Source: the human T2T-CHM13v2.0 reference genome, Homo sapiens. Taken from it: 64,000 bases of DNA. How positions within the stretch are numbered: position 1 is the first letter of the stretch; the number at the start of each line of letters is the position of its first letter. The translations under genes and the position numbers were made by a program. Positions 25,053 to 38,851 of this stretch are shown in pieces. Under the pieces are notes generated by a model. The model did no database searches, was not told the DNA's origin, and saw only the letters and a list, made by a program, of their open reading frames with translations. The DNA lies in assembly GCF_009914755.1 (NCBI RefSeq), contig NC_060929.1; one strand, given 5' to 3'.

Positions 25053-28000
25053 AGCTGTTCTTGTGGTAGTGAATAAGTCTCATGAGATCTGATGGTTTTA
25101 TTTTTTATTTTTTTCTTTATTTCTGCTAAAAATAAAAACGGGATATATGTGCAGAACATGCCGGTTTGCTACACAGGTATACATGTGCCATGGTGGTCTG
25201 CTGCCCCCACTGACCTGTCCTCTAAGTTCCCTCCCCTCACCCCCTACCCCCAACAGGCCCTGGTGTGTGATGTTCCCCTCCCTGTGTCCATGTGTTCTTC
25301 ATGTTCAGCTCCCACTTATGAGTGAGAACATGTGGTGTTTGGTTTTCTGTTCCTGTGTTAGTTTGCTGAGGATGATGGCTTCCAGCTTCATCCATGACGC
25401 TGCAAAAGACATGATCTCATTCCTTTTTATGGCTGCACAGTACTCCATGCTGTATATGTACCACATTTTCTTCATCCAGTCTATCATTGATTGGCATTTG
25501 GGTTGGTTCCATGTCTTTGCTGCAATAAATATGTAAATAGTGCTGCAATAAACATGCTTGTGCATGTGTCTTTATAGTAGAATGATTTATATTCCTTTGG
25601 TTATATACCTAGTCATGGGATTTCTGGGTCAAATGGTATTTCTGGTTCTAGATCCTTGAGGAATTGCCACACTGTCTTCCACAATGGTTGAACTAATTTA
25701 CACTCCCACCAACAATGTAAAAGTGTTCTTATTTCTCTACAGCCTTGCTAGCATCTATTGTTTCCTGACTTTTTAATAATTGCCATTCTGACTGACCTCG
25801 CTCTGTGCCTGGAGATGTTACTCAGGGAGGCTGGAGAGCAGCAAAGATGGGTGTCTGCTCCTTCTTATGGGACCTCTGACCTCGAGGGGCACCAACGTGA
25901 TGCCAGTAGGATTGCTTCTGTATAAGGTGTCTGACAACCCCAGTTGGAGGGTCTCACCCAGTTGGGTGGCACAGGGAGCAGGGCCCATTTAACAAAGCAC
26001 TTTGTCCCTTGGTGGAGAAGATGTGTTTCACTGGAGAAAACCCACTCATCTGGGCTTCCCAGATTCCTCAGATCTATGAAGAGTGGCTAAGTCTGCTGGT
26101 CTGCAGAGACTGCGGCCACCCCTCCTGCTAGGGGCTTAGGCCCAGGGAGATCGGAATTCTGTTCCTGAGCCTCTGGCTGGAGTTATTGGAGATCCTGCAG
26201 GGAAGCCCCATCCACTGAGGAAGGATGGGCTGGTGTTGGGCCTGAAGAGGCACTCTGGTTGCAGACTGCCACAGCTGGTGTATTGGGCTGTGGGGACAAG
26301 ACTTAAGACCAAGCCATTCAGTCTCCCTGGCTCCAGCAGGGGAAAAGCACAGCCTGGAGCTATAGAAATAGGTGCCACCCTTCCCCCTGTCCAGGGAGCT
26401 TAGCATGTTAGGTAGCTGTGAGTCCCAGTGCTGGCTGGTGCCCCTCCCACAAGGAGCTCAAAGGGCTTAGACAGCAGCCAGCCGCAGCCTGTGCTGATGG
26501 CGCCTCCCCAGAATGTTCAGTAGGCTTAAGGAGATTCCTTCTGAGAGGCTGTAAGAATCTGTGCATTCTGGGGTTGGGACACTAGTCCCCAGTGGTGTAG
26601 GTTCACAAGTAGGATCTTCTGATCTGTGGGTTGCACGGTTCTGTGGAAAAAGCACAGTTTCCCTGGTTGGGTAGTGTGCTCACTCACCACCTCCCTTGGC
26701 TGGCGTAGGGGGCTCCCCTTCCCTGTGTGGCTCTCAGGTGGGCCGCCACACCACCCTGCTCTTCCTTCTCTCCATGGATCATGCCAGCCTTCTAGTCAAT
26801 TTTGATGAGAGAACCAGGATACCTTGGTTGCCGGTGAAGGATTCACATGCTTATTATGGTTTTCTTCAATGGGAGCCTGCCATCACTGTGGCTTGTAGTC
26901 AGCCATCTTGGCCCCACCCCCAATCTGATGGTTATATAAATGGGAGTTCCCCTGCACAAGCTCTCTTGCCTGCCACCATGTAAGATGTGACTTTCCTTCT
27001 TATTCCCCTTCTGCCATGATTGTGAGGCCTCTCCAGCCATATGGAACTGCGAGTCAATTAAACCTCTTTCCTTTATAAATTACCCAGTCTCAGGTATGTC
27101 CTTATTAGCAGCATAAGAACAGACTAATACAGTAAATTGGTAACAGTAGAGTGGGACAGTGCTCTAAAGATACCTGAAAATGTGGAAGTGACTTTGGAAC
27201 TGGGCAGCAGGCAGAGGTTGGAAGAGTTTGGAGGGCTCAGAAGAAGGAAAATGTGGGAAAGTTTGGGACTTCCTAGAGACTTGGAGGACTCTGAAGACAG
27301 GAAGATGTGGGAAAGTTTGGAACTTCCTAGAGACTTGTTGAATGACTTTGACCAAAATGCTGATAGTGAAATGAATGATGAAGTCCAGGCTGAGGTGGTC
27401 TCAGATGGAGATGAGGAACTTGTTGGGAACTAGAGTAAAGGTCACTCTTGCTATGCAAAGAGACTGGCAGCATTTTGCTCCAGTCTGTGGAACTGAGAGA
27501 TCTGTGGAACTTTGAACTTGAGAGAGATAATTCAGGGTATCTAGCGGAAAATATTTCTAAGAGGCAAAGCATTGAAGAGGAAGCAGAACATAAAAGTTTG
27601 GGAAATTTGCAGCCTGGTGATGCAATAGAAAAGAAAAACCCATTTTCTGGGGAGAAATTCAAGCCTGCTGAAGAGATTTGCATAGATAACAAGCAGCCTA
27701 ATGTTAATCTCCAAGACAATGGGGAAAATGTCTCCAGGGCATGTCAGAGACCTTCAAGGCAGCCCCTTGTATCACAGGTCTAGGAGGGAAAAAATAGTTT
27801 CCTGGGCCAGATCTAGGCCCCTCCTTCTGTGTGCAGCCTAGGGACTTGGTTTCCTGCTTTCTAGCAGCTCCAACTGTGGCTAAAAGGGGCCAAGGTACAG
27901 CTCAGACTGTGGCTTCAGAGGGTGCAAGCCCCAAGTCTTGGCAGCTACCATGTGGTATTGAGCCTGTGGGTTCACAGAAGTCAATAATTCAGGTTTGGGA

Positions 28001-29073
28001 ACCTCCACCTAGATTTCAGAGAATGTATGGAAACACCTGGATGTCCACGTAGTATTTTGCTGCAGGGGTGGGGCCCTCATGGAGAACCTCTGCTAAGGCA
28101 GTGCAGAAGGGAAATGTGGAATTGGAGCACCCCCACAGAGCCGCCACTGGTGCACTGCCTAGTGGAGCTGTGAGAAGATGGCTTCTGACCTCCAGACCCC
28201 AGACTGGTCGATCTACTGATGGCTTTCACTGTGGACCTAGAAAACCCGCAGACATTCAACATTAGCCCATGAAAGCAGCCAGGCAGAGGCTGTACCCCTG
28301 CAAAGCCATAGGGACAGAGCTGCCCAAGGCCATGGGATCCCACCTCTTGCATCAGTGTGACCTGCATGTGGGACATGGAGTCAAAGGAGATCATTTCAGA
28401 GCTTTAAGATTTGGCTGCCCCTCTGGATTTCTGACTTGCATGAGGCCTGTAGCTCCTTCATTCTGGGCAATTTCTCCCATTTGGAATGGGTGTATTTACC
28501 CAATGCCTGTACCCCTGTTGTATCTAGGAAGTAATTAACTTGCTTGTGATTTTACAGGCTTCTAGATGGAAAGGATTTGCCTTGTCTCAGATGAGACTTT
28601 GGACTGTGGACTTTTGAGTTAATGCTGAAATGAGTTAAGACTTTGGGGGACTGTTGAGAAGGCATGATTTGTTTTGAAATGTGAGGACATGAGATTTGAA
28701 AGGGGCCAGGGGAGGAATGATATGGTTTGGCTGTGTCCCCATCCAAATCTCACCTTGAATTGTAATAATTCCCATGTGTCAAGGGTAGGACCAGGTGGAG
28801 ATAATTGAATCAAGGGAGTGGTTTCCCCCATACTGTTCTTGCAGTAGAGAATAAGTCTCATGAGATCTGATGGTTTTATGAGGGGGAAGTCCCCTGCATA
28901 TGCTCTCTTGCCTGCCACAATGTAAGATGTAACTTTGCTTCTCGTTCTCCTTCCACCATGATTGTGAGGCCTCCCCAGCCATGTGGAACTGTGAGTCAAT
29001 CAAACCTTTTTCCTTTATAAATTACCTAGTCTTGGGTATGTCTTTATTAGCAGCGTGGGAAAGGATTAATAAA
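25053..29073 (+). mobile_element. THE1 (MaLR) provirus: truncated and L1-interrupted 5' LTR (25053-25101 and 26923-27131), internal region 27132-28717, 3' LTR 28718-29073
   Basis: LTR start TGATATGGTTTGGCTGTGTCCCC at 28718, polypurine tract at 28701-28717, LTR end GACTAATACA at 27131. THE1-int ORF-like peptides at ORFs 27137 and 27448. Confidence 0.92.
25102..26922 (-). mobile_element. Internally deleted L1 (L1PA8-like): 5' UTR fused to the ORF2 3' end, inserted in the THE1 LTR
   Basis: 5' end GGGGGTGGGGCCAAGATGGCTGACT at ~26921; junction at ~25794; TSD ATCTGATGGTTWTAT at 25087-25101 and 26923-26937. Confidence 0.85.
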
Positions 29074-29518
29074 GTAACTGAGTCTAATGAGATTAAAGAA
29101 TTGTTCCAAAGTCACTCTGGTATCCTGATAGGTCTGTGAAGTTTCCCAGCCACCCATTTCTTCACGTTGGAAAACTTAGAATGCAGTTTCAATTGATGTG
29201 TGTCTTCTAGAATGTAGCTAGGAGTTAATTTTTTTACCTAAGCGGTCATTATATCTATATTATGGAACTTAGTATAGTTCAATTGATTAGCTAGGTATTT
29301 ATTGGCCTGTTTCATTACACTAGGAGCATATTGCTTGTTCATATCTAATTCATTCTTAGATCTTCCAACACTGCTTCCCAACTCATCCCAAGCACAGTGC
29401 TTTATTCAAGTAGAGGTAGAAACAAATTTGTTGAGCTGAATCATGTTAAAACCGTAGAGTATATATGTTAGCATGAAGAAATTGGGAAGTGACTTCAAGT
29501 CAGATGTCCAGGTTTATC

Positions 29519-29580
<62 letters not shown>

Positions 29581-29633
29581 TATATGTATATATATAGAAA
29601 ATATATATATATAGAAAATATATATATATATAA
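29519..29633. repeat. (TA)n(GA)n compound microsatellite at the L1 tail position
   Basis: Read directly. Confidence 0.95.
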
Positions 29634-30305
29634 AATACTTTAAGTTCTAGGGTACATGTGCACAACGTGCAGGTTTGTTACATATGGATACATGTGCCAT
29701 GTTGGTGTGCTGCACCCATTAACTTGTCATTTACATTAGGTATATCTCCTAATGCTATCCCTCCCCCCTCCCCCCACCACACAACAGGCCCCGGTGTGTG
29801 ATGTTCCCCTTCCTGTGTCCAAATGTTCTCATTGTTCAATTCCCACCTATGAGTGAGAACAAGCGGTGTTTGGTTTTTTGTCCTTGCGATAGTTTGCTGA
29901 GAATGATGGTTTCCAGCTTCATCCATGTCCCTACAAAGGACATGGACTCATCATTTTCTATGGCTGCCTAGTATTCCAGGTCTATATATGCCATATTTTC
30001 TTAATCCAGTCTATCATTGTTGGACATTTGGGTTGGTTCCAAGTCTTTGCTATTGTGAGTAGTGCCACAATAAACATACGTGTGCATGTGTCTTTAGAGC
30101 AGCATGATTTATATTCCTTTGGGTATATACCCAGTAATGGGATGGCTGGGTCAAATGGTATTTCTAGTTCTAGATCCCTGAGGAATCGCCACACTGTCTT
30201 CCACAATGGTTGAAGTAGTTTACAGTCCCACCAATAGTGTAAAATTGTTCCTATTTCTCCATGTCCTCTCCAGCACCTGAGAATGGTGATCATTAAAAAG
30301 TCAGG
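29634..30305 (-). mobile_element. 5'-truncated L1 (L1PA4-like) with a 26-bp 5' inversion
   Basis: Minus-strand L1 to 30279, then a plus-strand L1 piece at 30280-30305; TSD CAGGTTTATC at 29509-29518 and 30302-30311. Confidence 0.9.
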
Positions 30306-32334
30306 TTTATCTTCTATAAGAAATCGCAATATGTTTTGATTTGGGACTCGACTCATTTTATGGCCTTTAGTCGTTCCTTCTTTCCTCTTAATTTCTCCTT
30401 TTAACATCTTCATGCTTCACCATGCAAATGCTTAACCTATCCTATTACTTAGGAATTGCTGTGTCAGAATCCTGTCTCCAGAAGGATATCTAGAATGTTT
30501 CTCACACCTGTGTCTTCTTTTTTTTTTTTTTCATTTTAAATATCCTGTTCTTACTTGAATCTCACTCTTTTGTGGTAGCATCTTGGTTGCCTTCGCTGAC
30601 CCTTCCTCCCCTTTGCAGGGGTCTACATCCACATGCCCATAAGGCTATTTCATACTGTCTTAGCTCTGAATATAGCATTTCTTTTATCAAAAACTTTTTT
30701 GACAAGGCTTTCTGGAGAGCTGAGCTCAAAAAACCCAAGATGTGTATTTGATTTTGTGACCTAGATGTTAAAATCTACACTGCTTTACTATATTTGATCT
30801 GAGAATAGCATTCTTTGCTCTTTGAATTAATTAAGTTGTTTGGAGGCAGAAGAAACTACCTTTAGATCAACTTGATTCAATATAGTTGTTCACCAGGCTC
30901 TGGCAACTCCTAAAATACATTTTTTGATTACCTAAATTACTATGCAGAAAACTTTCTTAAGTAAATAGGCCTCTGCCTAATGGAATGTTGTACTCCAATT
31001 TCATAGTCAGTCACTCTGCTTCATTCCTGTGTATCTAAAATTATAAAATGATAGACAAATATTTGCAGAGTAAAAAATATACTTGAAACTTCTGTATTAT
31101 GGTTTGATGACTGTGGATCTTCTTGCAGCTATTAGGTTTAGTGTTATTTGAGTATTTTTTATCATTTGGATATTATTATTGGTGTGCAGAGAATTTAGAA
31201 GCTCCTTCCCTCAACTGGAGTATCTTATATTAAAAAAAACCCTAAATGTGTCCATTGCCTTACTGAGTTTTCACTTTTAATTTGAGCTTTTAATACATGC
31301 TATTTCATTAAAAATATATTTTACTATATTCCCTAGTTTCTATATAGCTCAGCAGAAACAGAGGGTATAAATAAAAGTTTTGAAGTAAAATAATTCGGTG
31401 TATTAGGAGTATATACCTGATCCTTTGATAGACTAAAGCTTTGTTTCTGTTTAGTGTTTTGATGAGAGGACTGTTTTGGGTAAGGTTTTTGTTGTTTTCA
31501 TTCCAAAATGAAAGTTAATTTTACCTCAAACCATGAATTGGGTAGCCACGATTAATGGATCAATAAAATAAACAATAATCTCTTAATGTTTTAAGTCAAT
31601 TTAGCTTATATTCCTGTATCAAAATATTCATAAAAAATTATGGGCTTATTTGCTTTATTCATTCTTTGTCATGCATTGGAGACAAAGTTAATAATTAAAC
31701 TTGAAACATGTGTGTGTGTATTCTTTTATATATTGGTAAAATCATTCACTATAGAAGTCTTTATATCTTCCTTTTCAGTACAACACATGTCCTTTCAAGG
31801 GAAGTTTTATATCCATGAATCATAGATGCTAGAGAAAGTTACAATGGGGCAGTAATTTTAGAATCTTAATTGCCTTGCCAGATAAATTTTTTTTTTTATT
31901 TTTCTCAGACATCATTTGATTCTGTCCTCCTAAGAAGTGTTTTCCAGTACATAGGCAAAAAGAACTGTAATCATTTCTGGTTTTATTTGCACTAAAGAAC
32001 TAGCTTTTGGGAAAAATCATCCACTTAACCTGTCAAGATAGTAAAAAACTTTTGCTTATGCTGTCTCTGAATTTGTCTCTACAAAATTATATTTTAAACT
32101 GAATTAAGCTATTATATTTTTAATACATAAGATCACTACCTACCTCATTCTAGTCATTTTTTTATAATTAGGAGTACAGTTAGGGATAAACAAGAACTAG
32201 AAAAGATTCTCAATTATCTTTTACTCTGTTATTTTCTTATAGTATTTTTCATATGAGAAATAATACACTGTGGAAACTGTAATAGATTTTGAGGTAATGA
32301 TAACTACATTTTTCCTCTTAAGAAATATAGCTTT

Positions 32335-32638
<304 letters not shown>

Positions 32639-32704
32639 GGAATGAATACAAATACAATGTCAAGAAGTTCAAAATATTTAGGGAGTATATGACAGAACAA
32701 CTGA

Positions 32705-33017
<313 letters not shown>

Positions 33018-33677
33018 TATTTTTATTGTTGCTTTGATATTTGTCTTCTCTGGTAGAGCTTAAGCTAGTAAATCCATTTTAATTCACTGCTTTGTCTTTG
33101 GTGCTTGAGGCATGATAAGTTGTTGACAATATTTGGCAATTGTTTAAAAAATAAAGTTTTACTTTAAAAGTCCAAAAATAATCTAAAAGGTAAAACCCCA
33201 TCATTAAAATTGAATTTCTGTCCAGAATATCCTTAATTGAAACTTTGAATGGCATTGAAACTTGAGAAAGAAGAGTTTTCATTTTCTCCACACTTCTCCT
33301 CACAAATATTCTTTCAAATCTATTAATAAGAAATTGTATTGAGTTAGTTTGTACTGGGATGATCCTACTTATAAACAGAATAGGAGGCAACATTAGTGTA
33401 TAATTTGAGGAACCGAAAGAGATCTGCCTGTTCAAAAATAGCTCCCACCTAGCTACCACAGTATTTTAAATGCCCGTCACTGGAGCTGTTTTGTTGTTGT
33501 TGTTGTTAAATGTGACTCGGGGGTAGGGGGGCATTTTAAGATTACTTATTTTGGTAGTTGTAAAAAGAAAATGACTTACCCTTTATGGGGCAGTACTTGT
33601 AGTTAGGGGTTACCATATGAAAGATAACCTTTTCATTAGTAAAATAACATACAATGTGCTATTATTTTGTTGAATAG

Positions 33678-33925
<248 letters not shown>

Positions 33926-34579
33926 TATTTGAGAGAAAAAAAAACTTATAAACCTGTAAGAAGATTTGTTTAGCTTCAGGTAAGGATTAGGAGGTACTTT
34001 TTCAGGGAGAGTAAGAGAGGAGGGGAATAAACAATATCAGTGATTAGAATATATGTGCAAAGTTTAAGAAAAAGAAAAGAAAAAATGAAATATCCCTGAA
34101 ATACATAAGATCCCACGGAACATGGAAAATTAATATATTCTATGTGTTTTGATTATAGAGTGAATATGATGACAGGGCTAGAATTTGATGAGCAGTGATG
34201 TGTGGGACAGACATAGGGTTGAGGAAGGAGAGTTGCTTAGCAACCCAAAGGCCGCCAAAGCAATGAGACCTTGTCAGAAGAGATGCTTTGGCTTATGGGA
34301 TCACCATCTGCTCATTTACCTAAGCCAGGAAGCAAAGGAAAATGGAGCTGGGAGTGGCACAGATTTCGCTTGTTTCATAATTTTACTTACAGCTGACTTT
34401 CTTATTTTGAGTTCACCTTTTCTATTTTCCTTTTTCTCTTTGGCAAAGGTGAAAATGTGTTCTGCAGTGGCTAGAAGGCACAATCAGGAAAGAAGAAAAC
34501 GAAATAATAGACTTGAGTTATTCCCATAATAAGTATTCAGGCTCTTGAGTCACTTAGAACTTGAGTCAATTTCTGTTAT

Positions 34580-34722
34580 TTTTATTAAGATTTACCCCCT
34601 TAGCAAATTTTAAGTACTTACAATACGATATTGTTAGCTATAGGCGTTTGCTCTGTTGTAGTTCTCCAGAACTTATTTATCCTGTATAACTGAAACTTTG
34701 TACCCTTTGACCATCACCATCT
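34580..34722 (-). mobile_element. L1MA 3' UTR fragment
   Basis: cttagcaaattttaagta...ccagaacttatt.atcctgtataactgaaactttgtaccctttgacc. Confidence 0.6.
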
Positions 34723-34829
34723 GTTTGTTTTCTTAACCAAACATTTCCTCCACTGAATGGATGAATGGTGTGCATGTGGAGGAGAATCCAGGGTGAACAA
34801 ACCATAGTGTACAGATTGTGGCTATTTCT

Positions 34830-35030
34830 ATTCAAATCTGGGCACTCCCCACCCCTAGTTGTATCCTCAGGCAGGTTATTTAACCTCCCTAAATTGAACT
34901 GTAATCCGCTATAAAAATGAAGTCAATAATGGCTCCTGACTGCTGGGTTATGTGACGGTTAAATGAACTAATGCATGAAGAGAGCATAACCCATACCGTG
35001 TTGACAAACTGCTCAATAAATATCAGCCGT
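34830..35030 (+). mobile_element. MIR relic
   Basis: ggcaggttatttaacctc...taaaaatga...ttaaatgaactaatgcatg...gctcaataaatatcagc. Confidence 0.6.
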
Positions 35031-36329
35031 TATTCATCAGGGGAACACCCCTTTCCTCCCCAAAAGCTTGATCAAGCAGGAATGATCTTAGAGTTAATGA
35101 TGACCCAGAAATTCTTAAGATGTCTTTGGAGACACCAGTTTAACACCCTTCTAGGTGTTAAACTATGGGTAATTATACAAAAGCAAAATCCCTGAGGGCT
35201 CCCAATTGTAGTAAGAGATATCTGTCTCACTGGCACAAATATGTTATAAAAGGAAACCTTTGATCTATAACAAAAGTGACATTTTATTGAGCCTATTTCT
35301 CTCCTAGAAGATTTGAATCATAAGTAGTTTATGTTTCACATGAAGTTAACGCTACGTTATTAGAGAAATTCTTTGAACTATAATTGTGGAGAATTTTAAG
35401 TACTACGTGCCAGATAATTTACTTAACAGACAAGCTATGCTGGGCAGAACTAATTAAATACCCAGCTTTTGAGCTTCCTTCTTGCACATTAAGACAGACC
35501 TCTTTCTTTATATGTTTTTTGGTCCAAATTCTATCACCGTTCCCAGATATTGCTCTAGAATCTTACAGTAGCTTCTTTCATTCAGCAGTACCCTTTTAAT
35601 GTTCAGCCGCTGCAGCCTGGCTGCTGCCTCATCCACTTTACTGTTCTCATGGGGGATATTAATGGCATCTATAGTGTCAACTCTAAACCAATGGGTACTC
35701 TTCAGTCCATATTTGTAGGCTTTGGTACTAAGGATCACATTATATGTTTTTAAAATTATTTATTCTATTTGCTTTCATGAGGATATTCTCTCCTTGTTAT
35801 AAATCTCTGACTGCCGTTTCTTTGTCTCTTTTGCAGGTTTTCCCTCTTCTGCCATCCCTTTAATGCTTTCTAAGGTTTGATCCTTGGTCTGTTTCTCTTT
35901 GCTTTTTCCATATTCTTTTTGGATGATCTCATTTATCTACCATCTATAGGTCAATCACTCCTAAAGCTGGATCTTCAGATTTCAGCCTTTTATTTTCAGA
36001 CATCTATCTGTCCGTATGTCCAAGGAGGACATCTTCACCCAAACCACCGCCATCACAAATGTGTTCTTCTTTTTTTCTGCTTTGGCTTATGAAATCACCA
36101 TCTGCCCATTCACTTCAACCAGAAAGCCTAAGAATCATTTTCAACTGCTATTGCATCTTCCCCATATCGAAGTCCAGTCAAATTTATTTCCTAGTATTTC
36201 TCAATCTGTGCTAGGTGCTTCAGTCTTTACTGCTGCTGCCTTCATCATGTATTTATTATTTCAAAAGCTTTCTAAATGCTCTCAATTTTCCAGTCTTACT
36301 CTTTCAATGATGATGATTATAGCAGACCC

Positions 36330-36857
<528 letters not shown>

Positions 36858-37210
36858 GATTCTTCTTATCAGAGTAATCTGTGTACAAGGAAATGATCTG
36901 TGTTGTTTCTCGGCTGCCCATTGCCAGCAGAATAAAGCTTACTCTCTTTAATATGGCATAAAAGTCTGGTCTTTACCTTTCTGTGCTCCTTCGCTTGTTT
37001 TCCACGTCACACTATATTCTAGCCACCTTCTGTTTGTACCATACTCTAACATTACACATTATGTACTGTACTATAGCAATGATCAACTCTTCATCTTTGC
37101 ATATCCACGATGCAGCTTGGCATTCATTTTCTCTGTTCTTGTACTGATAAATTTTTTGAACACACATTTACAAATGCTCTAACACTTTAGACAGTTTGTT
37201 GAAAGTCTAA

Positions 37211-37710
37211 TGTGCCAGGAAGAATTTTAAGATGGTCACCTCCTCAGATTCCTGGTCCTTGGTGTACACACACCTTCTCCCAGTTAGTCAAGCAACCATG
37301 AATCTAGGTACTGCCTTACATTTCAGTTCCAGCAAATGTACTGGGGTTTGTCTCATGGTCCAAAATTCCTTCCATGCTGTGAAGGAATTTTGCAGATGTT
37401 ATTAAAGTTCCAAATCAGTTGACCTTAAAATAGAGAAATTACCTTGTTAGGCCTGACCTAATCACATGAGCCTTTTTTGAAGCAGAAGGTTTCTCCCAGC
37501 TTGTCATGCAAGAGGAAGTCAAGAAATTCAAAGCATGAAAAAGATTTGATGTGCTGTTGTTGCCTTGAAAAAGGAAGGGGCCCCACGGCAAGAAATGAGG
37601 GAGGCCTCTAGAAGGTAAAAACAGTCTCTGGATGAAATCCTGCAAGAAAACAGGAACCTCTCTACAACTGCCAGGAACTATATTATGCCAACAACAAGAA
37701 TGAGCTTGGC
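37211..37710 (+). mobile_element. MLT1E-like MaLR LTR, 3'-truncated, carrying a ~60-bp foreign insert
   Basis: tgtg.cagg.agaatt.taagatgg...gaaggaattttgcagatg...aaatcagttgaccttaa...ggcctgacctaatca. Confidence 0.75.
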
Positions 37711-38851
37711 AACTATTCTTTAAATACAATATTATGTCATCTGCTAGTCGAGATAGTTATACTTTTTCCTTTCCAATTTGAATGTGTCTTATTTCTTTTT
37801 CTTGCCTAATTTCCCTGACTAGACCCTCTAGTACAATGTTGAGTAGAGGTGACAAGAGTGGACATACTTGTCTTCTTCCTGAACTTAAGGGGAAATTTTC
37901 TAGTCTTTCACCATTAAATCTGAGGTTAGCTTTGGGATTTCTGTAGATGCTCTTTATCGGATTGAGGAAGTTCCCTTCTATTCCTAGTTTTTTGAGTGTT
38001 TCTTTTATCATGTTGAGAGTTTGTTTTATATAAAAAGGGCATTGGAATTTGTCAAATGATTTTTCTGAATTGATTGAAATGATCATATAGTTTCTTTGTT
38101 TAATCTACTGATATGTTATGTTACATTAATTGCTTTTTGGTGTTAAGGCTACCTTTCATTCCTAGGATAAATCCCACTTGGTCACAGTGCAAAATCTGTT
38201 GCATATGTTGTTGGATTCAGTTTGCGTGTATTATGTTGAGAATTTTTATGCCTATCTTTATAAGAGGCATTGTCATGTAGTTTCTATTCTTATGAGGTCT
38301 TTACGTGGTCTTAGTATGATAATAATACGGGCCTCAGAATGCATTTGAAAGTGTTTCCTCCTCTTCTATTTTTTGGAAGAGGGTTTGATTTTTATTAATT
38401 CTTCTTCACATGTTTGGAGGAATTTGCCAGTGAGGCCATCCAGGCTTATGATTTTCTTTGTGGAAAGTGTTAAAATTAGTCATTTAAATTCCTATAGATT
38501 GAGTCTGATCTCCTACTTCTTGAGTAAGTTTCAGTAATTTTTGTCTTACCAGGAATTTATACACTTAAATTATCTAAGTTGTTGCCATATTAGTCAGTAT
38601 TCTTTCATAATTCCTTTTATTTCTGTAAGGCTAATAATTCTCTCATACTGAATTTAGTCGTTTGAATCTTCTTTCTTTTTACACTAGTCATTCTAGCTAA
38701 AAGTTTATCAATTTTGTTGATCTTTTCAAATAATTAACTTTTGATTATCTGGATTTTCTTTAATGTTTTCTATCCTTTATTTCATTTATTTTTATCCTCT
38801 ATTATTTTCTCTATTTTGTTTAGTTTGAGTTTACGGTTCTTTTTGTAATTT

